Assembly: GCA_000165425.1 (NCBI GenBank)
Contig: CT868130.1
Coordinates: forward strand, 186,001-250,000
Length of the DNA: 64,000 nucleotides
Direction of reading: 5' to 3'
Source of the DNA: Paramecium tetraurelia
Taxonomy: Eukaryota
The notes under the pieces were generated by a model that was not told the DNA's origin, made no database searches, and saw nothing but the letters and a program-made list of their open reading frames with translations. The translations under genes and the position numbers were made by a program. This document shows positions 12,258 to 25,661 of the stretch, one piece after another. Each line of letters opens with the position of its first letter. Within the stretch, counting starts at the first letter, position 1.

Positions 12258-14250
12258 ATGATTAGAGGAGACTCCATTGAGTTCAAGCATCTTGCAAATA
12301 GCTAGGTAGTAATTTGCAAATCTAGCAAAGAAATTTAAGATGGATAAGCCTCAAGAAGAGATCATTTATTCTAAAAATTACCCTCCTTAGATTGCACTTA
12401 ACCTAATAAAATTTGGTAAGTAAAAAAAGGAGGATCTACAAAATGTATTCTCGACTCTGAAAGATTGTCAACTGCACAAAAACCACTTACTCCCTAATAA
12501 TTATAGAAACAAAAAAGTTAAGTAATCCAAATTGAAGAGAACAACCAATTTGATCTTGGTTCAAGTCTTCATTTCTAAAGATTATTTACTGTAAAGAATA
12601 AAGTTAAATCGTCTAATGGATGTGTTAAGACATCAAGAGATGAAAACACAAGCATTGTCAACAGTAATATGGTTCTCAAAAAATCTTACTATCATCATAC
12701 TTAATTATCATAAACACAATCTTCCATCCAATTTTAGTAGTGTCCATTTTAATCAGGAAAATCATTTAAAGATATTCTATCTTAATTTAAAGATAAAAAG
12801 TATAAAATTTAATTAAATTTAGACCTAAAATTGGAACTACAAGACATAGTGAATTCGAGAAAATGGAAGGACTGGATGACTATGCAAAGGAATTTGGATA
12901 AATCTTGGCTTAGGATTAATTAGTTGGACAGGTGATTGGAGATGCTCATGTGATGAAAGGAGTTGTTAAAGCATTAATAGATTTAAGCAATGGAAACAAA
13001 TTGCCATATCATTTTGAAAGTCTTAAACAATTGCATTTGAATCTCAACATAACTGATGAGATGTTCAATCGATTTAAATATCTCTATATAAAAAAACTAA
13101 TAGATATGAAAATAGGGATGGAAGTCATATTTAAATGTGCATAAACAGTTGAGTATTACAGAGGAGCTATTATATGCAATGTATCCATTCTATTTATTGT
13201 AATAGTCTCGCTCAGTTCAAAATGTGAAAGATAGTATAAGAACAATAGCCAAAAATATGTATGCTTAAATTTTTGAAGATTTCTCATTGACTCCATTGTT
13301 CAAAGGAACTAAACAAGAGGAACAAGCGATCAAATTTAGTAGAATCTTTGGGTTCATCTTAGGATCTTCAGAATCTACTAACTATGTGATGGACTCAATG
13401 AGAGACTTTCACAAAGCTTTTCGGATTAACTCTGTTTAATACTCTGTTTTCAAATACTACTTATCAGGTGCTTTATCTAAACACGCCGAAAAAGATGTAG
13501 TCTGGTATATACTTGAATAAACAGATGCCTACAAAGCTGCTGTGATTGATTAGGATAGCATCAAAGATTTAGTTTATAAATAATTTGGCATAGATAACTT
13601 TTGTAGTGAATTCATTAAGCTATGTTAAACCGATCCCTATATCAATAAGAATTTCATACATAAGATCGGATATGATCAATTTGTTTAACATACTAAATAT
13701 TTCCTTACATTACGCGTTTAACAAATAAAATAATTGCTTTACTCTTGAAGATCTTAGTTAATTGCATTGTTAACATTAAATCAATTTACAATTATATCAG
13801 AGTATAAAAGAGAAGTTGATAAATTTGTTGGCAAGACTCAATCCTTAAAGAGTCATCTTTTAGGATTTTGAAGAAGAGTTTGATCTCATATTGCCTTACA
13901 TTATCAATAAAAAATTACCTTGTGATATTGTGGGATAAAAGAGACTGTGTGAGTTTGTTCCTTTGATTTCTGATGAATTGCAATCTAATGTCGAGATCAA
14001 GAACATTTTTGATAGCAATGATGCAAATGTCACAAAAACTCTGCTCAAAAAATTTGAATATTTGCTGTCTGGTAGGAAATATTTTAAAAGATCAGATATC
14101 TAAGCTATACATTCTAGACTTATGATTAGTGAGGAGGTATTTGAAGAATTTATTTATATTATCGAAAAAGTTATCTAATAATATGATACTTCACTTTTAT
14201 GGATGATTGAAGCCATAAAAGAATGGAAATATATTATAATAACTGTCTGA
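12258..14250 (+). CDS. multidomain protein: N-terminal low-complexity extension plus four tandem truncated (2/2, group I-like) globin domains, ~647 aa
   Basis: Four ~115-aa units each carry a proximal-His motif: LKQLHLNLNITDEMF, MRDFHKAFRINSVQY, LSQLHCQHQINLQLY, IQAIHSRLMISEEVF. Unit 2 has MYAQIFED..TPLFKG..EEQ..ILG. Introns at 12800-12822 and 13181-13205. One extra base near 13703. Confidence 0.75.
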
Positions 14251-14492
14251 GTAATTTGTTTTGTTTTGGTATATAGTGTTAAATATAAGTAATTATTCTT
14301 AATTAAAATAATATTTAATACAATTGTTACTCATAATTTATCAAATGTTATATTTTTATAATATTTGCCAAATAATTGAGATAAAGGAAAAAATATGTTG
14401 ACGATTAATTTTTATACAAGTCTCCAATTTTGAATCTGCAAATATTATAAATTTACTTGAAATTAAATATTAATGATTATTAAATTATTTAT

Positions 14493-15176
14493 ATGTTGAA
14501 TTCAACTGCCTCAAACCAAGATGAGATCATCCTCAAATCATCGAGAAGGTTTGTACTAGCAGATCAAGTCAAGGATTTGGAATCTGCTCCTATCTATCGG
14601 CCTAAAAGATCAAGTAAAAAAGTGAAATTATCACTTGTAACAAATCAACCTTTTACTTAATCCAAAATTTGTTATATTTGTCGTAAAAGCTGTGTAATTA
14701 AATTATGTAAATGCGATGATATATAATATCATCCTGATTGTGTGATTGCTGAACTCAAGAAGCCTTCATCCTCAATATCAACTTTGCAATGTCTCTTTTG
14801 TTTATGTTTCTTTAAGACTGAAATTAAGAATAAAAAGTATTACTTATTTTGAAGCTATAGATTTCATTAAAGATAAGCATATCGAAATTGCACAATCATA
14901 CTAGTTATCTTAATTGCCACTCTCTTAATCGTAATAGGAGTACTCTGGAATACGCTTGCTGCAGAAATCACAATATTCTTATTTATTATCACTCTACTAC
15001 TCTCCCTGATCGCATTATATTGCTACAAAAAGCTTTATTACATTGAAATAGAGTGGAGATTAGTACCAGTAGAAGATGAACTAATGGACCTTTCGGGTTT
15101 CGATAATGCAAAATTAATATACCAAGCCTTCAATACAAATACTGCCCATTATATTTTAGATACTGAAATGTCATGA
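14493..15176 (+). CDS. RING-variant (C4HC3, MARCH-like) protein with two TM helices, 227 aa
   Basis: ICYICRKSCVIKLCKCDDIQYHPDC...QCLFC, followed by two hydrophobic segments. Intronless, 684 nt. Confidence 0.75.
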
Positions 15177-15329
15177 ACAACTTGAATTAATTAGAATTTC
15201 TTGAAATTATATTTAAAATCCCAACAAAATCAATATAATGCTTCAAAGTATTATTTTCAGTATTAATTTTCAACACTGAATATTTAAGCATTTAATTATA
15301 ATTAAATTTTAGATATTTTTTTTCATAAA

Positions 15330-15554
15330 ATGGATTTACAGGAACATTATCAAGTAATAGGTGAATCTAATAAGTATTTACAATATTAATCGATAAGTCA
15401 CAATCCCCAATTCATCCAAGAAGTAGAGGAAGAGATTGTAGAATTGTGTGAACCTCTAGTTGTCATTGAATAGATGTAAGAGTAACCTGTCATTGAACTT
15501 GACTAAGTCTAATTTGGAGCTAATTATGATAATGAACCTAAAGAAGGAATGTGA
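15330..15554 (+). CDS. small acidic hypothetical protein
   Basis: MDLQEHYQVIGESN...FIQEVEEEIVELCEPLVVIEQMQEQPVIEL...EPKEGM-TGA. Possible 24-nt intron at 15374-15397. Confidence 0.55.
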
Positions 15555-15603
15555 CAATATGATTTCAATTATAAATTATTTATATAAAATTTATATTTTA
15601 ATT

Positions 15604-17225
15604 ATGGATTCTTCACAAGAATACACAGATCTAAAGGTTTCCAATTAAGCTTAAAATAATTCAACTTAAGATGAAGTGGAACATTTACTGATTGAAAACA
15701 ACATGAACCAAGCAAATAAGGAACTTTAACATAATGTCTAGCATTAGAATAATATTAAAATAGATCAATCGAATTAACATTAGTTAAAAACCGAATAGCA
15801 TTCAGAAATTATAAATATAAGTAAGGATAAAGCAGAAATAACCAAATAATTAGATTACGTTCCTTAAAATTAGAATGACAGTGATTCAATAAAATAGAAT
15901 TAGAACCATTAAGAAAGAGTAGAACATGATAACCATAATTCATAGTTTGTTGAATCTATATATGAGAATGATTCATAACCACTCTAAAAATTGGAATAGG
16001 AATAAAAAGCAGATAATGCATATTCTCAATTTGAAATTTTGGATAAATCTAATGCTTAGTAATTAAATTAGCAAGAACAAATATAGATTCAATTATTTGA
16101 TAATAAACTCTATTCAGCTTTAAACGAATCCAAGGAAGATTAAAATTAAATAGAACCTTAATTAATTTAGCCAACATTAAATTTTGATGCACAAATTAAT
16201 CCTTAAAGGGAAGTTATTGAAGAGGAAGAAAAACAAGTTGAAGAAGGGGTCATTATTGAAGAAACAAATAAAAGCTTTCCTGCTAGTAATTCATTCAATT
16301 CTTAAGTTCAAAGTTCACCTTAAGTAATAGAAATAGATTAGAAATCATAACTCATTCTTTAATTCTAAAAATCTCTAGATGAAGCAATATTTCTCAAAAA
16401 CCAAGGAAACTAATGCTTTCAGTTGAAAATCTATGGGAGAGCTATTGAATAATATAATCTATCTTTAGGATTATGCGATCCATATTATTTAATGTAATGT
16501 CCTGAAGAATAACTTTAATAATTCAAGAAATTACGAATAAACTTGCTATCTAATCTAAGTGCTTGCTATTTGAATCTTGGAGATTTTAATTCTTGTATCA
16601 CTCATGCTAATATTGTAAATACTATTTTAATTAATAGGCAATCCAACTTGATCCTTCCAATTAGAAAGTTTGGTATAGAAGAGCCATAGCATTTTAATAA
16701 AAATAAGATTATGAAGAAGCCTGGAGAGATATTGATTAAGCGTGGAATTTAGTGAAGAACACCACCTAAAATTAAGAAATATTCGAAAAAAGAAAAGAAA
16801 TTAGAGAACTGTTAAGATAATCAAATAAAGAAAGAGCCTAACTTTATTAAACTATGCTAAGCAATACCAATACTTAGAATCAAACTGATAATAAAAGTAC
16901 TGTAAATTAATCTAGAACTACTGATTCGAAATTAGCAACCAGTGAAATGTAATCAAGATTCAACACCAATTAAAATAATTAAGTAAGTTTTCGATTTGCT
17001 GACATTATTTGGAAAACTACAGCTTCAGCCGTTCTTGCCTCTTCAATTACTAAATATATTTTGGAAGAACAACTCGACACAAAGGCGGGTTTAATTGAAA
17101 CTATAGTATTAAGTTCTACTACAGCATCATGTTTATTCGCAGAAAAACAGTGGTAAAAACTTTGTTTTGCAACTGTCACGGCTGGATTTTTAACCTTTGT
17201 TTTATATAGGAAATCAACTAAGTGA
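15604..17225 (+). CDS. TPR co-chaperone-type protein with Q/E-rich N-terminus and C-terminal membrane anchor
   Basis: AIFLKNQGNQCFQLKIYGRAIEQY, LLSNLSACYLNLGDF and AIQLDPSNQKVWYRRAIA form a TPR triplet. Ends ...LCFATVTAGFLTFVLYRKSTK-TGA. Intron at ~16614-16637. Confidence 0.85.
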
Positions 17226-17326
17226 GTTATAATATTCAATGATATACAAAAGAATCTAGTAGTATTATTCTTTAATTTTCAAACTTAATAAGGATTTAGA
17301 TATTATTTTTATAAATATTTTGATAT

Positions 17327-18733
17327 TCAATTGAACCTTAAATTATTGAGTAATTCCTTTATATTCTTAGATGATTTACTAACTACTAATCTTTACACCT
17401 TGGTGATATCTTAGTTCAATTCGTCCTTTTCAATGACCAGTTGATGTTATTATTAAGTGAGATTATGAGATTTGTGCCCTTTTTTAAGATTTTATCTTAG
17501 TTTAACATGTTTTTCCAGAATTCTATCATTTCTTCTTTCCATTTTGATTATATATTTATTCAATAATTCTTATTGTTTCTACTACTTTTGAAGCGCTACC
17601 TATTTCATTTTTGATTGAATATCATCTAATCGTTATTTCGCCTTTGCATTGCTAAACATTATTTTATCCTATAATTCTTGATGAATCATGCTCTCTCTTT
17701 ACGATTACATCTATGTTTTTGATGTTAGATTTTTATGAACCTTAGTAAACTTTCGATCTTATTCATCCTTAAATTTCTATAGTGTCTTTTATATTTCTTG
17801 TTAATTCTTATTAGTCACCTAAGCAGTCTTTTCAACATAATTTCCTATTTTCTAAATGACTTTATTCTGCTGCTCTTATTCAATCAATTAAGCCTATTGT
17901 ATTCTATCTTGACTTGCAATACCATATCGAATAAAAGTGCTTCTTTGTGAAGTTTCCATTGAATATTATAATTTCGTTCTTCGCAATTCGTCTTGTTCTA
18001 TGATGTTCTTCTTCTTTTATCTATGATAATCCAAAGTCTATTGAGTTTTGGATTACATCATAATTTTGAATTTCATTTTAGATTCTTACAAGGTCTTCTA
18101 GATAGGTTCAAATCTAGAGTCAAAGTCAAGACTTTTACTTAGCCTATCATCAAGTTCGTGTTGTCTCCGCTCTCTTAACAAAGATAACTTTCGCTCTACT
18201 CTGTTATTATGTTACTTTGCCTTATGAGAGATGGATTTTAATTTTTCTTCGACTTGCCTATAAATTTTATCAGAATTCCTCTATTATGCTTCTTTGATTT
18301 AAAGTTCAGACTAATATAACTGTTTGAGATCATGATCAAAAATCTTTTTAACAAAGTTATATTATTTCGATTATTTCGGTGTTCTTAGTACTATTTTTAC
18401 TGATGGACCTATGATTTCTCTTCTCCGATTCACTAAATTCAAGAGGTTATCTAAATAAATCTTACAATAAATGACTACCTTTGAGTTATTGTAGATGATT
18501 TATGTACATGGTTCGCGATTCATGATGATATTGTAAGAAATTGGACAAAGTTCTTGTATGATAATTTGGGCACTATTTTACTTAAGTTAGCAATCATATT
18601 TTGTTAAATTAAGTTCTTTCATGGCAAGCTATGTACGTGGTGATTCCAAATTTAGTCTCATGAGCAACTGATTGATTTCTCTTAAATGTGATTAATCACT
18701 CTTACTGTCCACTTCTGTAAAAAAAGTTTTCAT
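17327..18733 (-). CDS. hypothetical coiled-coil protein
   Basis: MKTFFTEVDSKSDQ...LNLESPRTQLAMKEL..., then K/E/Q-rich helical sequence. Intron at ~18451-18477. Ends ...NNLRFN-TGA. Confidence 0.7.
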
Positions 18734-19314
18734 TTTTAATTATAATATTAGATAGTAAATTATTAAATATTGAATCCTTTATTTATTGTTATCTAAGAAA
18801 AAATCATTTTATTGAAATATAAAAAATAATGTAAAAAGCAATACTTATAAATTTAATGCTAAACTTGATTATTTACATATTAAATTAATTTTGGCAGATT
18901 CAATTATTTACTTTTTATGTTCAAGTTATACTATTAATATATTACATCATAGTTTTATAGAATTAACTAATAATTTATTTTCTTTTTGAATAGAATTAAT
19001 GATTAGATTTTTTTATTAAAATGTAAGTATTAAATAGTGAAGTTAACTTGGAATAGATTTGTTAAATGTGAAATAGAAATAGTTAATATCTAAGATTTAA
19101 AATAATGTATTAGATCTTGGATAATAAGAAGGAAGAAATTGATAGGACTATTAGAATTTTGAAATAACCATTATGAGAAATGACGAGTATGCATGATAGA
19201 TAGGTGCAGGTTTGCAATTCTTTCTGACAAGATTATTATTTATCATTGCTATAATTATATAAGGTAATTAAAAAATTTGAATCAGAAACATATCCTTAAT
19301 TATTAAAATTAACT

Positions 19315-20903
<1,589 letters not shown>

Positions 20904-20949
20904 AATATAATTTAATAACATATAGCATAAAATTTAAAATAATCATTAT

Positions 20950-22860
20950 CATTATTCTTTTGATCTACAAGCATCTTATATAATAAATTAGGTATTACAT
21001 ACTTTTATAATAAGAGGAATATTTTTGTAAATTTTTTTTAATTTTCTTACTCCTTAATTTATTTTTTTTCAACTTCCTGAAATTTTAGATGTTTATTAAT
21101 TAGTTGGATTGTACTTTAGAATATTCTTCAAAAGCATAAATTGATTTAACCATCTTATAATAAATTTTGTGGTCTCATTGATAATGTGAAATCTACGTAT
21201 TATTCATTTAATTCCCCTTCTGAATGCATAACTATTATAACTCAATTAAGAGAATCTTTATCTAGAGGATCGTATCTAATTTTATGTGTTAGTATCAAGC
21301 TTTTAATATCCTTGCTTTCCAATTCAAAATGAATATTATTTTATTTGATTGATATATACCAATAATTTAATTTATGAAAAAATCAAATGAACAACAATCG
21401 TATACACTAGAATGTGAACCTCCCCTTAAAAGGCATCTTTATTCCATTGAGAATTTCATTAAACTGTTTTATATTGTTTTAGTATCCTTTTAATTTCACG
21501 CCTGTTATATTGGAATAATAAGCTCAGTTTTAGGGATGATTAGGAGAAAATCCATTCACACTGATTTTACAATGAATATACTGTATTTAATGAATATTAG
21601 TTTTTTTAAATGTACCAACAATTACATGTATCATTTACCTATTTTAATACATTATATAGTTGGTATTTCAGAATACATCAATTTACGAAGAGGATCTATG
21701 TATCAAAGTAAGAAATATTCATATTTTACAGCATGCAAGAATTTTGTTATAACAATATAATAAACTAAAGAATTTTTTTTAGATTTTAGATGCAAATATG
21801 AGTTTATGCTTGTACCTTTAAGTGTAGTTATGGTAATTGTGAGTGATTCTTCATGGTGGCTAGTCATTTTGCACTCATTTTACGTTATAACTAAAATAGT
21901 AGCAATAAAAGTATTTCATAATAAATAATATTTAGGATATGTTTGATATTTATATGAGTTTCAGAAAGAAAATTAGATTGTGATTATTGTAATAATTCTT
22001 TAAATAATAATTTACTGTGATTATTTATAATTATTCGATTAAGCAACTAAGCAATGTTTAAATTTGCATTCTTGATAATTGCTTTGTTAAATTAATAAAA
22101 ATTAGATTTAGGTATAAACTTGATTATCCATTCTGTTTAATAGTTTAGAGAACATTTGACATATAATAATTGATGTTAATTCTTTGATATAATTTAATTG
22201 AATAGTTGTTATTCAAATAAATATTCTTTATAAACTTTTTTCATTCAGTTATCTATAAATTTGTTTAGCATTTTATCTTTCTAAATTATTTAATATGATT
22301 TTATTTTTTATTTTTTTGAAATATTCTATCAAATCCTATTTTGTTTTTAGTTATTTTTTTAGGGTTAAATTTAAAAACATTTGCAGAATCCTTATAAATG
22401 AAGTTTCTATGGTTTAATAAAAGAAAATTCAGTAAGAGAAATATCCTAATTATGCTGTTAATCTCCTAAAAAACATTTTTGGATAAATTACACAAACAAC
22501 CTCTATTAAGTTGATTAAGAATTGTTATTTGAGGAAACAAAATAACTATAAATTTTCATTATAAAACCAATTAGTTTAATAATTATTGAATATCTCAAAT
22601 TTGTAATAATTAAAATTAGCTTTCTGAACTTTTGAATTCAGCAACAAAGCTATTATCTTTACTAAATATTCTAATTAAGAGTAAAGTTCTTTAGAGTTCA
22701 CAAAGGTAAAAGCACATTATTTCTTCGAGTCCTTATAATATAAATTAGTTTAAGTAATGGAAAAGCATAAAATTGAATAGTTAAAAGAACTATTAAATAA
22801 ATTTTATATTTGTTAAACCTTTTTTATTTATTTTTGATTGTATCTTATGATATATTTAAA
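20950..22860. pseudogene. heavily decayed coding remnants (minus strand ~21000-21450, plus strand ~21530-22800)
   Basis: Short coding-like stretches broken by TGA and frameshifts in every frame. This gap is far longer than the usual intergenic spacing here. Confidence 0.35.
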
Positions 22861-22876
22861 GAATATATATAATAGT

Positions 22877-24379
22877 ATGTCATTGAATAAGAATTATTTT
22901 GAATTACTAAGTCAGAATCCATTAGTCGTGAAATTAATTGTGGTCCAGTCATGAGTTGACTAATTGAAGTTATAAATATCACATATTTTGAGATTTTATT
23001 TATGCTATAAATTTATGAAAGAGATTAATATAAATTAATTATGCTATTTAGATCTGCCTTTAGATTTTGCTCTTTTAACAAAGATGTATTCTAAAGACAG
23101 AAGCCACTCATCCAGATTGATAACATAATAAAAATTCTGAGGCCTTTTGATATTGAGATTAATATTGAAGAGATGGTGGAGACGGTTAAGATTGTAGGAA
23201 AATATGTAATATTATAATTTTACTTTCTTTTAGTCCAAGCACACTCTTTACAAATTTCCCATTCCTTAATGTATGAATATTTCAATATGAAGTTTTGCAA
23301 AGTGATTCCGTAAAAATAGATCCAAAATTCATATCAGAAACATAATAAAGAATAATGAAAAATGTAAACAAATATATACTACTCAGATACCATCAAGTCC
23401 TAAAAACTTATCCATTTTTTATCGAATGTACAGATACCCAATGAGATTTGCATTGCCTAAGACAGTGTTTTAAATATCCAAGAGTTTAAGAAAATCAGCT
23501 TTATCTGAGTAAACATTGAAATTGGCAGCCTGTTTAGAGAACATACAAATAGCACTTAGTTTACATATGATGGTAGATCGTAATGAATTAGAATTTCCAA
23601 CATTTTAGGCTACCACGCATAGAAGCCCTCTATCTTCAGTTTAGAAAGAATTATCTACAATAAATTATCAGATAAGAAATTGGTTTTAGGAGGAGATTTC
23701 TTCCATTCAAAAGCGTATTGACATGCCTAATTTCAATGTAGATCAGTCTTAAGTGCTAATATAATGAAACAAGTCGAGGTCCCCCTCTTTTTGTCAATGT
23801 TGGAAGAAGAGGCAGCCAAAGGAGTCTTCTATGAATATGATCTGTTTTAGAAGATAAAGGAAAATGGAGCAAATAGCATAGTGCCTGAAGAAGTGTATCA
23901 ATTGGCATATCATCAATGTGCCAGTAAGTTTGCATTTACAACAATGTATGAGTACTATTAAATCAAGTTTGACCTATTGGGTGTAGAATGGAGATTTGAA
24001 TAAATTGAACGATGCTTTTAAAGCAGGCGTATATTTGGGGTTGTGCATTGATTTTTAGAATCAGATGAAGTACTTTGTAAGGAATCTACCAACTATGTCA
24101 AATACATTAATAAAGGCTGTAGTGAATAACAACGAGTGCAATTTTTATTAGGATAAAATAGCGTATTAAATTTCATTAAATTAAAGATTACCAATTTATT
24201 TTATGCATTAGAAATCTAAGGAAACGACATCTTTACAATAATTACACGATCATGCACTCAAATAATCTGAAAAAGTGATCGAAATTATGAGTCAGAAGTC
24301 GAAGGAGTATTTTCTTAAATTAGGAGCAGATTTTGAAGACATATCTGACCTCATAGAGCATTTTTGCAGATATGAGTGA
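22877..24379 (+). pseudogene. recent pseudogene of a hypothetical protein
   Basis: Long coding-like blocks (e.g. MKQVEVPLFLSMLEEEAAKGVFYEYDLF) joined by several frame changes, with TGA at 24049-24051 and 24268-24270. A remnant intron lies at ~23206-23233. Confidence 0.65.
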
Positions 24380-24416
24380 TAAATTTAGAATAAAATTAAT
24401 AACTATTATTATAACA

Positions 24417-25643
24417 TCAGATTTTTTCTTAAAGGTATAAATTTAATATTTCATTAATTCCATATTATTTTAATTGTAAGTAGTCTTGATCTTAATAAAA
24501 ACAGTCACATATATCTTTATTAAGATGTCTTGTCAAACATCTGATTTTTTGAGGGATTTCCAAACTCTGATATTTGAATTGCGATCGGTGTCTCAAATAT
24601 TCATAGAAGCAATTCAAGCACATATGATGAGAACAAGAAGCTACAAATGATTTATTCCTAATTAATAGTTATATAAGAAATACACTAAATCACATGCGAC
24701 TGAGTGGTTCATATGAAAAGGTTGATTTAATGACTTGTCTATTTATATTCTGAATACTAATTTGCATCTTTCAGTTAACCACTCTTCGTGTTAATCGTAG
24801 AACTCTTCATCTATTAAATCATACATTTTTCCCAAATAAATCCCCTCGATCGTTTTGATCCAAGGATTTTCGTACTTATTAATAAAGAATAGTAATGCAC
24901 TAAGGTAGATGATTTTTTCAGGATTGGCCTTGAGAGTATCAGCAAACACATTGAATAATTGGGGACTCACTTGTTTAAAGGCTAAAAATAGGTGATGATG
25001 GTACATTTTTAAATCTACTCTTGGGCATCCTTTTTATTATGATTATGTAATTCTGTGTGTTTTATGATGATGGGGGAATTATCTATAATCATTCTCTCTA
25101 AGAACTTTTATGCCTTTTATTTGGAGAGTAAAGTTTAGGTGTAAGTTTCGTCATTAAAAATATCACATAAGAACTTTAGGAAAAAATTCCTGATTATTCC
25201 TGATTGCTTTGGTTAATTGAGTAAACTTTGGATGAGAATGTCACATTAGAAGTAGATGGCTAATTTGAGTAAGGGTATATAGTGCTCCCTTACCTTGTAT
25301 ACCAACTTTCCTGTGTATAAAAATGACAAAAATAATTAAAAGAGAATCTTTGGGTCCTGATTCTCCAAATAAAAATCTGTGGTATAGGGAATGACATGTT
25401 GACTTGGTTTCAAGAATTGATGATATATCCTATCCAATTTGATTTCTTGTAGAATAAAACCGTCTATTATCTAAAATTATAGGGGGGGAAATTCTATTAG
25501 CCTTTAGCTATTGAATTACTTTGGTAGAATATTAAAGTTGCGTTGTTGGCTTGTTTCAGCTTGAGGTCCACAAAACATTACTAAACAAGCAGAGAGTGAT
25601 TGCCGAAGACTTGTTTTCCTAAATCTATTACATCTGTCTCCAT
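24417..25643 (-). CDS. BTB/POZ-like domain protein with a C-terminal RING-like Cys/His cluster
   Basis: DPKILFQLFLSFLYTGKL...LLKLAIYFQCDILIQ is BTB-like. ACDL..SCSHHMCLNCFYEYL..KIRC..ICDC is RING-like. Two ~26-nt introns restore the frame. Confidence 0.65.
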
Positions 25644-25661
25644 TTTATAATTAAATTAATA

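Noticed and set aside
19171..19230. Possible box C/D snoRNA (ATGACGA...CTGA) upstream of ATP beta
   Set aside because: Only ~50 nt between the boxes, a weak terminal stem and no exact rRNA complement that I can verify.
24049..24051. In-frame TGA as selenocysteine or readthrough
   Set aside because: The same locus has several frameshifts, no redox motif and no visible SECIS, so a pseudogene is the simpler explanation.
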